From Clostridiales bacterium (GTDB taxonomy: Bacteria; Bacillota; Clostridia; Christensenellales; CAG-314): a DNA stretch of 64,000 nt. The stretch lies in the NCBI GenBank assembly GCA_022508345.1, contig JAFLVK010000004.1:24982-88981 (forward strand). The letters are read 5' to 3'. Positions 47,899 to 55,567 of the stretch are shown one piece after another. A model generated the notes under the pieces. The model searched no databases. It worked only from the letters and a program-made list of their open reading frames with translations, and was not told the origin of the DNA. Each line of letters starts with the position of its first letter. The stretch's first letter is position 1. Position numbers and translations under genes: made by a program.

Positions 47899-48660
47899 CT
47901 ACTCCTCCTCAGTTTTTGTTTCTTGTTCGGGCTCTTTTTCAAGCTCCTTGTCGTCGTCTTCGGGTGCGGTAAGAACAATGCCTTCCTTAGCCTCGATTAC
48001 TGCGCCGGAGATAATTCCTGCGATAACCTTGATTGCGCCGATAGCATCATCGTTTGCGGGGATAACTACGTCCACTTGGTCGGGGTCGCAGTTAGTATCT
48101 ACGATTGCAACGATGGGGATGTTCAAAGCGTGAGCTTCTGCAACTGCGATAGCTTCCTTTTTGGGGTCTACGATAAAGATACAACCGGGCATACCCTTCA
48201 TATCCTTGATTCCGCCAAGGTTTGCTTCCAGCTTGTCGCGTTCCTCAAGCAACTTTGCAACTTCTTTCTTGGGCAAAACGTCAAGTTCGCCAAGCTTTTC
48301 CATTTGGTTGATTTGGTGAAGACGTTCAATACGAGATTTGATTGTCTTGTAGTTTGTAAGTGTACCGCCAAGCCAACGGTTGTTTACGTAGTACATTCCG
48401 CAACGCTCTGCTTCCGTCTTGATAGCTTCCTGAGCTTGCTTCTTTGTGCCTACGAACAAAATGGGCTTGCCTTCTGCTGCGATGTCGCGAACGAATGTGT
48501 AAGCGATTTCAGCTTGAGCGACCGTTTGTTGAAGGTCGATAATGTGTATATCATTGCGTTCAGCGTAGATATACTTTTTCATTTTGGGGTTCCATCTTCT
48601 GGTTTGGTGTCCAAAGTGAACGCCGCTTTCCAAAAGCTGTTTCATTGATACAACTGCCAT
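47899..48660 (-). CDS. rpsB: 30S ribosomal protein S2
   Basis: 253 aa starting [27 protein letters not shown]..., the canonical S2 sequence. Confidence 0.95.
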   Translation of the reverse strand: MAVVSMKQLLESGVHFGHQTRRWNPKMKKYIYAERNDIHIIDLQQTVAQAEIAYTFVRDIAAEGKPILFVGTKKQAQEAIKTEAERCGMYYVNNRWLGGTLTNYKTIKSRIERLHQINQMEKLGELDVLPKKEVAKLLEERDKLEANLGGIKDMKGMPGCIFIVDPKKEAIAVAEAHALNIPIVAIVDTNCDPDQVDVVIPANDDAIGAIKVIAGIISGAVIEAKEGIVLTAPEDDDKELEKEPEQETKTEEE

Positions 48661-48782
48661 TTTCTTTTTTCTCCTTTTTTTGTTGTTTTTAACCTCTTTG
48701 CGCCGTCAACTCTACACGCAACCGAGCGGCAAAACTCGGCACAACGGATAAATCTTGCGCAAATGCGAATTAAACCGAATAG

Positions 48783-48811
48783 ATTATAGCACAACAATAC
48801 ATGCTTTGCAA
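48783..48811 (-). promoter_or_regulatory. Strong sigma-A-type promoter for rpsB-tsf
   Basis: Minus strand: TTGCAA (48811-48806), 17 nt, TATAAT (48788-48783), with a TGc extended -10. Confidence 0.6.
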
Positions 48812-48858
48812 CAAAATAAATGCAATTTTCAGTATATTATTTATATAAATACAGTTCA

Positions 48859-50241
48859 CTACAATTTAACAATGTGTTGATACCTTTTCCGAACACACAA
48901 TACAGCGCACACAACCAAGTCGGCTGTAATTACGGCAAAGGCGACTGAGTAGCCAATTGATGAGTAATCTCGCGCTACTTCGTGAATATAAGTCATACCG
49001 TTGCCCACTCTTTCAACGCCGTGACGGTCGTATTTTACATAACGGTTTTGCATATTGCTGTTAGTATCGTTTTCGAAATCGTACCAATACCTCACGTTAT
49101 AAAATACAAATGTTCCGTGCTCGTCCGTCAAGAAAATTTGTGGCACTTCAAAGGAAAAAGGAACCATGGTTAATCCATCTTCGCCGCCTTGAAGCTGCAT
49201 TATATGTTCATTGATTATTGTAAACGAAAGCAACCTGTAAACGGCCTTATAACCGTCGCCCAAATCAAATTCGTCGCCCGGCTTTGCAGTTTTGGCAAGC
49301 TCCGACAAGGGAAAATGCTTTTCCACTCCAAGCTCCTCAAGTGTTTCCATGTGCTTGACAAATTCTTCTACACTGTCGTTTTCGTATATTGTTGTTTTTT
49401 GCTCAAATTGAACACACCCCAACACAATCGCCACTATTACACTCAGTACAACGGGAAATATTCCCCAAAAATCGGTAGCCCAAAAGAAATTGCTGTCTCT
49501 TTTGAGTATATGTCGCGCGTTTTCACCGCCCCACTTGATGAGAGCATTTTTATACAAAAACCAACCTGTCAAAAACAAAGCAATTGCAGCAACACCAAAA
49601 GCTGCGCAAGCGACAACACCTGCGAAATGTACGGAATTGCGCACAAACAATCCAACTGCAACAACAATTGTTGCAACAATATTTGTAGCTGCCAATAAGT
49701 AAAGACAATTTGCCAGTTTTCTGCGCAAAACTATGCAATATGCCGCAAAACCGTCACTGGTATCGTCAACAGACATTTCCGCACCCTTCCAAAAAGCAAC
49801 AAGAATTGCCATGCAAACAACTACCGGAGCAAGCCCCACAAGCAACACTCGCCACCAAGGAAAACCGGTCCAGGACACCTGTGTTACTTCAATATATGCA
49901 CTGACAGCCACAATCAAAATCCCTGAAATGAGTACACCAAGCAATATCCAACATTGAACAGTAAATCGCGCAATTTTACTCTTATAAATTTTCTTTTCCG
50001 ATTTTGACGACAAAGCAATATCATTTCGCTCTCTTCTTTCGCCTGCCAATATCTCATCCACCGTTACACCGTAAAGCTCGCCAAGCGCGGGCAACAGTAG
50101 GATATCAGGCAATACGTTGTTGCATTCCCATCCCGACAATGTACGGTTGCTTATTCCCAATCGATTGGCAACCTCCTGTTGCGTGTAACCGTTGGCTTTG
50201 CGCAATGTTGCCAAAAATTCGCCAATTGTCTGTTTTGCCAT
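48859..50241 (-). CDS. Membrane-tethered XRE-family HTH regulator with a C-terminal extracytoplasmic-type domain
   Basis: 460 aa. The N-terminal HTH is ...LRKANGYTQQEVANRLGISNRTLSGWE.... About five hydrophobic helices follow, then a non-hydrophobic domain of about 170 aa and a final TM helix. Confidence 0.7.
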   Translation of the reverse strand: MAKQTIGEFLATLRKANGYTQQEVANRLGISNRTLSGWECNNVLPDILLLPALGELYGVTVDEILAGERRERNDIALSSKSEKKIYKSKIARFTVQCWILLGVLISGILIVAVSAYIEVTQVSWTGFPWWRVLLVGLAPVVVCMAILVAFWKGAEMSVDDTSDGFAAYCIVLRRKLANCLYLLAATNIVATIVVAVGLFVRNSVHFAGVVACAAFGVAAIALFLTGWFLYKNALIKWGGENARHILKRDSNFFWATDFWGIFPVVLSVIVAIVLGCVQFEQKTTIYENDSVEEFVKHMETLEELGVEKHFPLSELAKTAKPGDEFDLGDGYKAVYRLLSFTIINEHIMQLQGGEDGLTMVPFSFEVPQIFLTDEHGTFVFYNVRYWYDFENDTNSNMQNRYVKYDRHGVERVGNGMTYIHEVARDYSSIGYSVAFAVITADLVVCAVLCVRKRYQHIVKL

Positions 50242-50293
50242 AAAATAACCTCCGCCAATTTGTTACGGAAACTTGCAAGTTCTGTGTGGCTTT

Positions 50294-50357
50294 ATTCTAA
50301 ACCTCTCGGAGTAGAAAAGCAAGGCGAGATACTTGGAATTAGTCCGAGTATCTCGGA
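50294..50357 (-). promoter_or_regulatory. Candidate promoter and palindromic operator(s) of the XRE-family gene
   Basis: Minus strand: TTGCTT (50322-50317), 17 nt, TAGAAT (50299-50294). A perfect palindrome TCCGAG-TAT-CTCGGA lies at 50343-50357, just upstream of the -35. A further TCTCGGA copy (50303-50309) lies inside the spacer. There is also CGAGATACT...AGTATCTCG (50325-50333 and 50347-50355). Confidence 0.35.
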
Positions 50358-50374
50358 ATACCACGCTATTAAAT

Positions 50375-50401
50375 TAAAAAGCCAAGGGTTTTCCTTGGCT
50401 T
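50375..50401 (-). terminator. Rho-independent terminator after the DUF1292 gene
   Basis: 9-bp stem AAGCCAAGG / CCTTGGCTT (50379-50387 and 50393-50401), followed on the minus strand by TTTTTA. Confidence 0.75.
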
Positions 50402-50420
50402 TCATTGTTTTTTTGATTTG

Positions 50421-50822
50421 TTAGTCCTCGTGATGGTGATGGCACTCGCAGTCGGGGTCGTCGCAGTCCTCTTCACCCATTGCAGCTACTTCCTCTTCAA
50501 GTTGCTTGTAAAGTGCTTCATAAAGCTCGTCGTCGATAGGCAGGAAATTGTAGAACAATTCGCCGTCTTCTTCAACCTCTTCCAGCTCGAAAATCTCAAC
50601 TATCGGATCTTCGTCTTCTGCCTGTTGCAAGCAAGCGTATTCCTTGCCGTCACGTTCCAATGTTGCAATGTGATAGAAAGCAATTTCGTTGCCATCCTCA
50701 TCTTCCAGCATAACAACGTCTTCGTCTACTGCACAACCACAGTCGCAGTCTGCATCGTGATGATGATGTTCGTGGTCGCAACCGCAGTCACATCCCTGTT
50801 GATTCTTTTTCTTCTCGTCCAT
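50421..50822 (-). CDS. DUF1292 (YrzB-like) protein with Cys/His-rich N- and C-terminal tails
   Basis: 133 aa. The core ...VVMLEDEDGNEIAFYHIATLERDGKEYACLQ...IVEIFELEE... matches the DUF1292 pattern and sits directly after ruvX, as yrzB does in B. subtilis. The tails are CDCGCDHEHHHHDADCDCGC and CDDPDCECHHHH. Confidence 0.7.
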   Translation of the reverse strand: MDEKKKNQQGCDCGCDHEHHHHDADCDCGCAVDEDVVMLEDEDGNEIAFYHIATLERDGKEYACLQQAEDEDPIVEIFELEEVEEDGELFYNFLPIDDELYEALYKQLEEEVAAMGEEDCDDPDCECHHHHED

Positions 50823-50837
50823 AATAAAATCTCCTTT

Positions 50838-51254
50838 TTATCTTTTTCTGTCTAAATAATTTTGCAAAATAATGGTCGCAGCAACCTTGTCGATTACCTT
50901 TTTTCTGTTCTCGCGGCGAACATTACCTTCAATCAGTACTCGCTCAGCGGACAGCGTTGTAAAGCGTTCGTCAAGGTACTCCACGGGAATATCGCATACT
51001 TCCTTGAGTTTATCCACGAACTCACGCGTTTTTGCCGTCTGTTCATTTTCCTGTCCTTTGAGCCCCAAAGGAAGTCCTGAAATAAACAGCGACACCTCCT
51101 TGCTCTTGGCAAGGTCGGCAATATACTTTGCATCGATGTCAAGATTGCCCTTGCGTGTATACGTTTCCAGCGGATTGGCGATAATGCCCATCAAATCGGA
51201 AACAGCTATTCCTATACGGACGTCGCCGACGTCCAACGCCATTACTCTACCCAT
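50838..51254 (-). CDS. ruvX: Putative pre-16S rRNA nuclease / Holliday junction resolvase-like protein YqgF
   Basis: 138 aa with ...ALDVGDVRIGIAVSD... and ...DERFTTLSAE..., typical of YqgF/RuvX. Confidence 0.9.
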   Translation of the reverse strand: MGRVMALDVGDVRIGIAVSDLMGIIANPLETYTRKGNLDIDAKYIADLAKSKEVSLFISGLPLGLKGQENEQTAKTREFVDKLKEVCDIPVEYLDERFTTLSAERVLIEGNVRRENRKKVIDKVAATIILQNYLDRKR

Positions 51255-51326
51255 AGTATTTGTATTGTACCATATTTTTTAACAGAATAATAGCATTTTT
51301 TCCTATTTTTAACAGAATATTTTGCA

Positions 51327-51356
51327 AGCAAAAAGACCGTCAATATTGACAGTCTT
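51327..51356 (-). terminator. Rho-independent terminator after the 40-aa sORF
   Basis: Minus-strand stem AAGACTGTCAA / TTGACGGTCTT (one G-U pair), followed by TTTTG. Confidence 0.65.
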
Positions 51357-51368
51357 TAAGTTAGTACG

Positions 51369-51491
51369 TTACTTCGTCATTTTCTTTACTTGCTTCTTGC
51401 CTTTATCGAGCATTTGTCTCACTTCGGGTAATTCGCTTACCACCATTCCGACAGCTGCTCCAAGAGCCATACCTATCAAAAGCTTTTTCAT
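51369..51491 (-). CDS. Small membrane-anchored protein (40 aa, YtxH-like N-terminus)
   Basis: Below the ORF-track size cut-off. Manual translation gives MKKLLIGMALGAAVGMVVSELPEVRQMLDKGKKQVKKMTK. A strong RBS GGAGGAATT precedes the ATG at 51491, and a terminator lies just downstream. Confidence 0.45.
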   Translation of the reverse strand: MKKLLIGMALGAAVGMVVSELPEVRQMLDKGKKQVKKMTK

Positions 51492-51669
51492 AATTCCTCC
51501 ATAAACGATACTACCCTTAGTTTGGTTGGTAAAGAGAAAAATATACGCAATAACAAAATTTTATTCAAAATTGGCGAAAAATAGCGCAAAGCAATATAAA
51601 ACAACATATTATGGCTGGCATAGTATTATACAAACGGTACAAAGTGTAACTTCTTAAGCAAAAAAGCAT

Positions 51670-51696
51670 AAAAAAGACCTATCAAAGGACAGGTCT
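51670..51696 (-). terminator. Weak terminator candidate after iscU
   Basis: 6-bp stem AGACCT / AGGTCT with a 10-nt loop, followed on the minus strand by TTTTTT. Confidence 0.4.
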
Positions 51697-51734
51697 ATGA
51701 TTATATTGAATTTGCTATTTAGATTAGAAACAAA

Positions 51735-52139
51735 TTAAACGTATTCGATTTTACTTTTGTCAATTGTTTTGTTCTGTTGCTTTGCACGGTAATCTTCTAT
51801 CGCTTTTTTGATGGCTTCTTCAGCCAACACAGAACAGTGAATCTTTTGCGGGGGTAGCCCTTCCAATTCCTCTACTACTCTGGCGTTGGTAAGCTTCAAT
51901 GCCTCGTCAACTGTCATACCTATTACCATTTGCGTTGCAGTGGAACTTGTTGCAATTGCTGCTGCGCAACCAAAGGTTTGGAACTTCGCGTCAACAATTT
52001 TCTCGTCAACTATGCGCAAAGTTATTTTCATTATGTCTCCGCAAGTAGCGTTGCCTACTGTTCCTTCGCCGTCGGGGTTTTCTATTTCACCCACGTTTTG
52101 CGGATGTGCAAATGCTTCCAAAACTTTTTGATTATACAT
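51735..52139 (-). CDS. iscU: Fe-S cluster assembly scaffold (IscU/NifU N-terminal type)
   Basis: 134 aa with ...GNATCGDIMKITL..., ...FGCAAAIATSS... and ...KIHCSVLAEEA... (the three conserved Cys). Confidence 0.9.
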   Translation of the reverse strand: MYNQKVLEAFAHPQNVGEIENPDGEGTVGNATCGDIMKITLRIVDEKIVDAKFQTFGCAAAIATSSTATQMVIGMTVDEALKLTNARVVEELEGLPPQKIHCSVLAEEAIKKAIEDYRAKQQNKTIDKSKIEYV

Positions 52140-53313
52140 TGTAAGTTCCTCCTGTTTTCAAGTTGAATAATGGGGACATTTCCCGCAGCTTTCCTATCGT
52201 ATCCTTGAGCTTGTCTACCGTGAAGTCTACTTCTTCCATTGTGTTATCCTTGCCGAAAGAGAATCGTATTGAACCGTGCGACACTTCAATTGGAACCCCC
52301 ATAGCCAGCAACACGTGCGACGGGTCAAGGCTACCGCTACTGCATGCCGAGCCACTTGATACGGCAATTCCGTTGAAGTCCATTAGCATGAGTATTCCTT
52401 CGCCCTCTACAAATTCAAAGCTGAAATTTGCAATGCTGGGCACACAGTGAGCTTTGTTACCGTTAAAGCGAACGTAGGGAATTTCCGCCTGCACCCTTTG
52501 TACAAAGTGATCGCGCAACTGTGCAATGTGCATGTTGTTACGCTCCATTTCCAGCTGAGAAAGTTCAAGAGCCTTTGCCATGCCTACTACTGCGGGCGTA
52601 TTCGTTGTGCCACCACGCTGTGAACGCTCCTGTCCGCCGCCGCAAATAAGTTTGTCTAGCTTCACGCCGTTACGGATGTACAGCGCCCCAACCCCCTTGG
52701 GCCCGTAGAACTTGTGCCCGGAAATTGTGAGCAAGTCAACGCCAAGGTCTTTCACGTCGATTTTCATATACGGTATTGCCTGTACGCAATCGCTGTGGAA
52801 AAGCGCGCCATGTTTGTGAGCTACCTCTGCCAGTTCCTTGATAGGTTGTATTGTTCCCACTTCGTTATTTACATACATTATGGAAACAATGGTAGTTTGC
52901 TCGTCAATTGCTTTTTCTAAGTCAGCTACTTTTACAAGCCCAGTGCTGTCCACCGGTAGGCGCGTCACCCTAAAGCCGTTCTTCTCCAGCCATTCCGCAG
53001 CGGTGAGAATTGCATGATGTTCAATAGAGGAAATAATTACGTGGTTGCCCTTGTCCTTTTTGTGAAGAGCAACACCCTTGAGCGCCCAGTTGTCCGATTC
53101 CGTTCCGCTACCTGTAAAATACAACTCGTTGGGCTTGCAACCGATTATGTTAGCCACCGTCTCGCGCGCATCCGCTACCGCCTTGGCTGTGTCCCTGCCA
53201 TAAAAATGCTGACTGTCGGCATTGCCGAAATCGCTTGTAAAATACGGAAGCATAGCCTCCACTACGCGTTTGTCGCAAGGAGTTGTTGCTGCATGATCAG
53301 CGTATACTCTCAT
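52132..53313 (-). CDS. nifS: Cysteine desulfurase (NifS/IscS type)
   Basis: 393 aa starting MRVYADHAATTP, with ...SGHKFYGPKG... (PLP Lys) and ...SSGSACSSGS... (catalytic Cys loop). Confidence 0.9.
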   Translation of the reverse strand: MRVYADHAATTPCDKRVVEAMLPYFTSDFGNADSQHFYGRDTAKAVADARETVANIIGCKPNELYFTGSGTESDNWALKGVALHKKDKGNHVIISSIEHHAILTAAEWLEKNGFRVTRLPVDSTGLVKVADLEKAIDEQTTIVSIMYVNNEVGTIQPIKELAEVAHKHGALFHSDCVQAIPYMKIDVKDLGVDLLTISGHKFYGPKGVGALYIRNGVKLDKLICGGGQERSQRGGTTNTPAVVGMAKALELSQLEMERNNMHIAQLRDHFVQRVQAEIPYVRFNGNKAHCVPSIANFSFEFVEGEGILMLMDFNGIAVSSGSACSSGSLDPSHVLLAMGVPIEVSHGSIRFSFGKDNTMEEVDFTVDKLKDTIGKLREMSPLFNLKTGGTYNV

Positions 53314-53714
53314 ATATTATCCTCCGCGAGTTGTGTCAGTGTGATTGTATCAAGGTAGGAATTGATATTGTCGTACAACTTGCCCCAAAGGCTACGCGCA
53401 ACGCACTTTTCATGGTTTCCGCAGCCACCGTGCAAGCAATCTACTATTTCAAGGTTATCCTCAACCGCCCGTAATATGCGACCAACGGTAATCTTGTCAG
53501 GGTTGTCTGTAAGCTTGTAGCCACCGCTTGCGCCCCGTGTTGCAGATACGATATCCGCCTTTTTCATAAGGGCGATTATCTGCTCCAAATATTTTTCCGT
53601 GACGCCAGTTGACTGAGATAAGCTAGTTACATTTACAAGCACGTCTTCGGAATAGTTTTTGGCAAGCTCCACTGCAACGTACAGTCCGTATCTTGCCTTA
53701 GAAGACATTTTCAT
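53310..53714 (-). CDS. Rrf2-family transcriptional regulator (IscR/CymR-like)
   Basis: 134 aa starting MKMSSKARYGLYVAVELAK..., with a three-Cys region (...VDCLHGGCGNHEKCVARSLW...). First gene of the Fe-S module. Confidence 0.85.
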   Translation of the reverse strand: MKMSSKARYGLYVAVELAKNYSEDVLVNVTSLSQSTGVTEKYLEQIIALMKKADIVSATRGASGGYKLTDNPDKITVGRILRAVEDNLEIVDCLHGGCGNHEKCVARSLWGKLYDNINSYLDTITLTQLAEDNI

Positions 53715-53785
53715 ATTTTTACAATTCCTACTAATTTACTATGAATAGTTTACTACTATTATAATCATTAGTCAACAGATTTTAT

Positions 53786-53818
53786 ACAAAAAGCCTATTT
53801 CTATGTAGAAATAAGCTT
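53786..53818 (-). terminator. Rho-independent terminator after the glycerophosphodiesterase gene
   Basis: Minus-strand stem AAGCTTATTTCTA / TAGAAATAGGCTT (one G-U pair, tight loop), followed by TTTTTG. Confidence 0.6.
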
Positions 53819-53894
53819 TAAAATATATTTATTGTAATAAAGACGCTGCTACGCAACAACGAATTAACATAGGCATTAAATAAATTTTCAACAA

Positions 53895-54719
53895 TCAAAT
53901 ATTGTTGAACACCTGTTGCGCATTGACGTAATCGCTTGTAACGCCTGTTATATATGGATTTAGATTTGTTACTGCCGAACGCGAATTAACCGTCCACACT
54001 TCAAGCGGAATACCAAACAGTTTACAACGGTTTATCTGAGATTTAGTCAACGTCGCATAGAAACAATCTACAAATACTTCAGTTGTTTTGGACAGCTTTG
54101 ACAAAAACCACAAAGCATCGAAACTGATAACTTCCGCAAGCAAGCCAATTCTGTCCCCACTGCGCAATTGAGATATCAATGTTAACACGTTTCTATCTCT
54201 ACTCAGCCATGTAACTGCCAAGTCTGTTTTGTCTACAATTTCCGTTAGCTCCCTAGTTTGTTCAAGAGTTACACCCTTTTTAATCTCTATATACGGATAC
54301 AATTGCAACTCAACACACAGTTCAATAAACTCTTCAAAGGTGGGTATAAGCTCACCGGCATATGACGCACTCTTCCAACTGCCAAAATCTAATTGACGCA
54401 CCTCTTTAAGTGTTAATTCGGTGATTTGACCTTTTCCGTTGGACGTTCTGTTTACTGATGTATCATGCAAAATCACAGGGTGATTGTCCTTGGTAAAGTT
54501 GACGTCGCATTCCACCATGTCAAACCCCATCTCCTTTGACAATCGAAAGGCAGATAACGTGTTTTCCGGAGCGTCGGAGTATCCGCGATGATTTATCGAG
54601 TTTATGTGCCTGCGTTTGTTTGCTTCGACATTGGATTGGCAGCCAACAACCGACAGGCACACCATCACTAAAAGCAAGCAAAGGGCGATAACAGATGTAA
54701 TTCTAAACAGTTTCTTCAT
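53895..54719 (-). CDS. Glycerophosphodiester phosphodiesterase, probable lipoprotein
   Basis: 274 aa with a signal peptide and lipobox-like LSVVGC. GDPD motifs are ...INHRGYSDAPENTLSAF... and ...VECDVNFTKDNHPVILHD.... Confidence 0.85.
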   Translation of the reverse strand: MKKLFRITSVIALCLLLVMVCLSVVGCQSNVEANKRRHINSINHRGYSDAPENTLSAFRLSKEMGFDMVECDVNFTKDNHPVILHDTSVNRTSNGKGQITELTLKEVRQLDFGSWKSASYAGELIPTFEEFIELCVELQLYPYIEIKKGVTLEQTRELTEIVDKTDLAVTWLSRDRNVLTLISQLRSGDRIGLLAEVISFDALWFLSKLSKTTEVFVDCFYATLTKSQINRCKLFGIPLEVWTVNSRSAVTNLNPYITGVTSDYVNAQQVFNNI

Positions 54720-54760
54720 ATTTCAACTAAGATTGTTTCCACGGCAGATTTTACCCATAG

Positions 54761-54798
54761 AAAACGTCCACCCTTTCAGTTTGTGGAAAGGGTGGACG
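54761..54798 (-). terminator. Rho-independent terminator after trxA
   Basis: 13-bp perfect stem CGTCCACCCTTTC / GAAAGGGTGGACG (54765-54777 and 54786-54798), followed on the minus strand by TTTTC. Confidence 0.75.
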
Positions 54799-54804
54799 AA
54801 TTAT

Positions 54805-55116
54805 TTATCTTTGTTTTTTTATTGCGTCGGAAAGCTCGTCTTCGTCGCAAAGACCGACTATTCTGTCAACCAGTTCGCCGTCCTTGAAGATACAAATGTT
54901 GGGAATGGACATGATTTGAAATTTCTTAGCCAAATCGCGCGCTTTGTCTACGTCAACCTTGCCGAATTTAACATCGGGAAGATTTTCCGCAACTTCTTCC
55001 ATTACAGGCTCCATCAATACGCACGGTCCGCACCATGTCGCCCAAAAATCAACGACAACAATGCCTTTAGCAATAAACTCATCGAAATTACTTGCTACAT
55101 CGGGAATTTTACACAT
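54805..55116 (-). CDS. trxA: Thioredoxin
   Basis: 103 aa with the WATWCGPC active site. Confidence 0.9.
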   Translation of the reverse strand: MCKIPDVASNFDEFIAKGIVVVDFWATWCGPCVLMEPVMEEVAENLPDVKFGKVDVDKARDLAKKFQIMSIPNICIFKDGELVDRIVGLCDEDELSDAIKKQR

Positions 55117-55567
55117 TGTTTTGTTCTCCTTTTTGTTCTTTTATATTATATTCATTGCTTGTACGCCCTACAACTGCCTCGATGACAGGCGTTTCCATCC
55201 ATTTGTGTTTACGCAATTTATCAATTACTGCAACAACGGCAAAGCCTACAGCCAGCCCTGCAAAGAAAAGGATTGCTGCCAAATAATCAGCCCATTTAAG
55301 CCCTATTGCCAAAAATAGCAAGCCAAGAGCAGGAATCAACGGTAAACAATATGCCACAAGTGCAAGCTTGGCGCTGTTTGTTTCAGGAATGGAAAGCGTT
55401 ACGGTATCGCCCTCTACTGCGCCAACTTCGTTGCTTGCCAAAAAGTCAACGTGCTTTTGTTTTTCCGTCATACCGCATTTACCGCAGGATGCGCAGGCGG
55501 AATTTCGCCCCACGCGCACCTTGGCAAATTTATCATTGACGCTCAACACAACACCTTGCTCAGTCAT
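55109..55567 (-). CDS. RseC/MucC-family (SoxR-reducing-system-like) membrane protein
   Basis: ...GVVLSVNDKFAKVRVGRNSACASCGKCG... followed by two TM helices. The start is ATG 55567 (GAGGA RBS, overlapping the aspS end). The ORF-track start at 55615 is over-extended. Confidence 0.7.
   Translation of the reverse strand: MTEQGVVLSVNDKFAKVRVGRNSACASCGKCGMTEKQKHVDFLASNEVGAVEGDTVTLSIPETNSAKLALVAYCLPLIPALGLLFLAIGLKWADYLAAILFFAGLAVGFAVVAVIDKLRKHKWMETPVIEAVVGRTSNEYNIKEQKGEQNNV

Noticed and set aside
46983-48648. 299-aa and 241-aa plus-strand ORFs covering nearly all of tsf and rpsB.
   Set aside because: They are antisense shadows of two highly expressed, unambiguous genes. There are no start signals and no protein-like features.
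51322-51504. 60-aa plus-strand ORF overlapping the 40-aa minus-strand sORF.
   Set aside because: It starts with TTG inside the terminator hairpin and has no RBS. The minus-strand sORF has a strong RBS and a terminator, and it matches the universal gene orientation.
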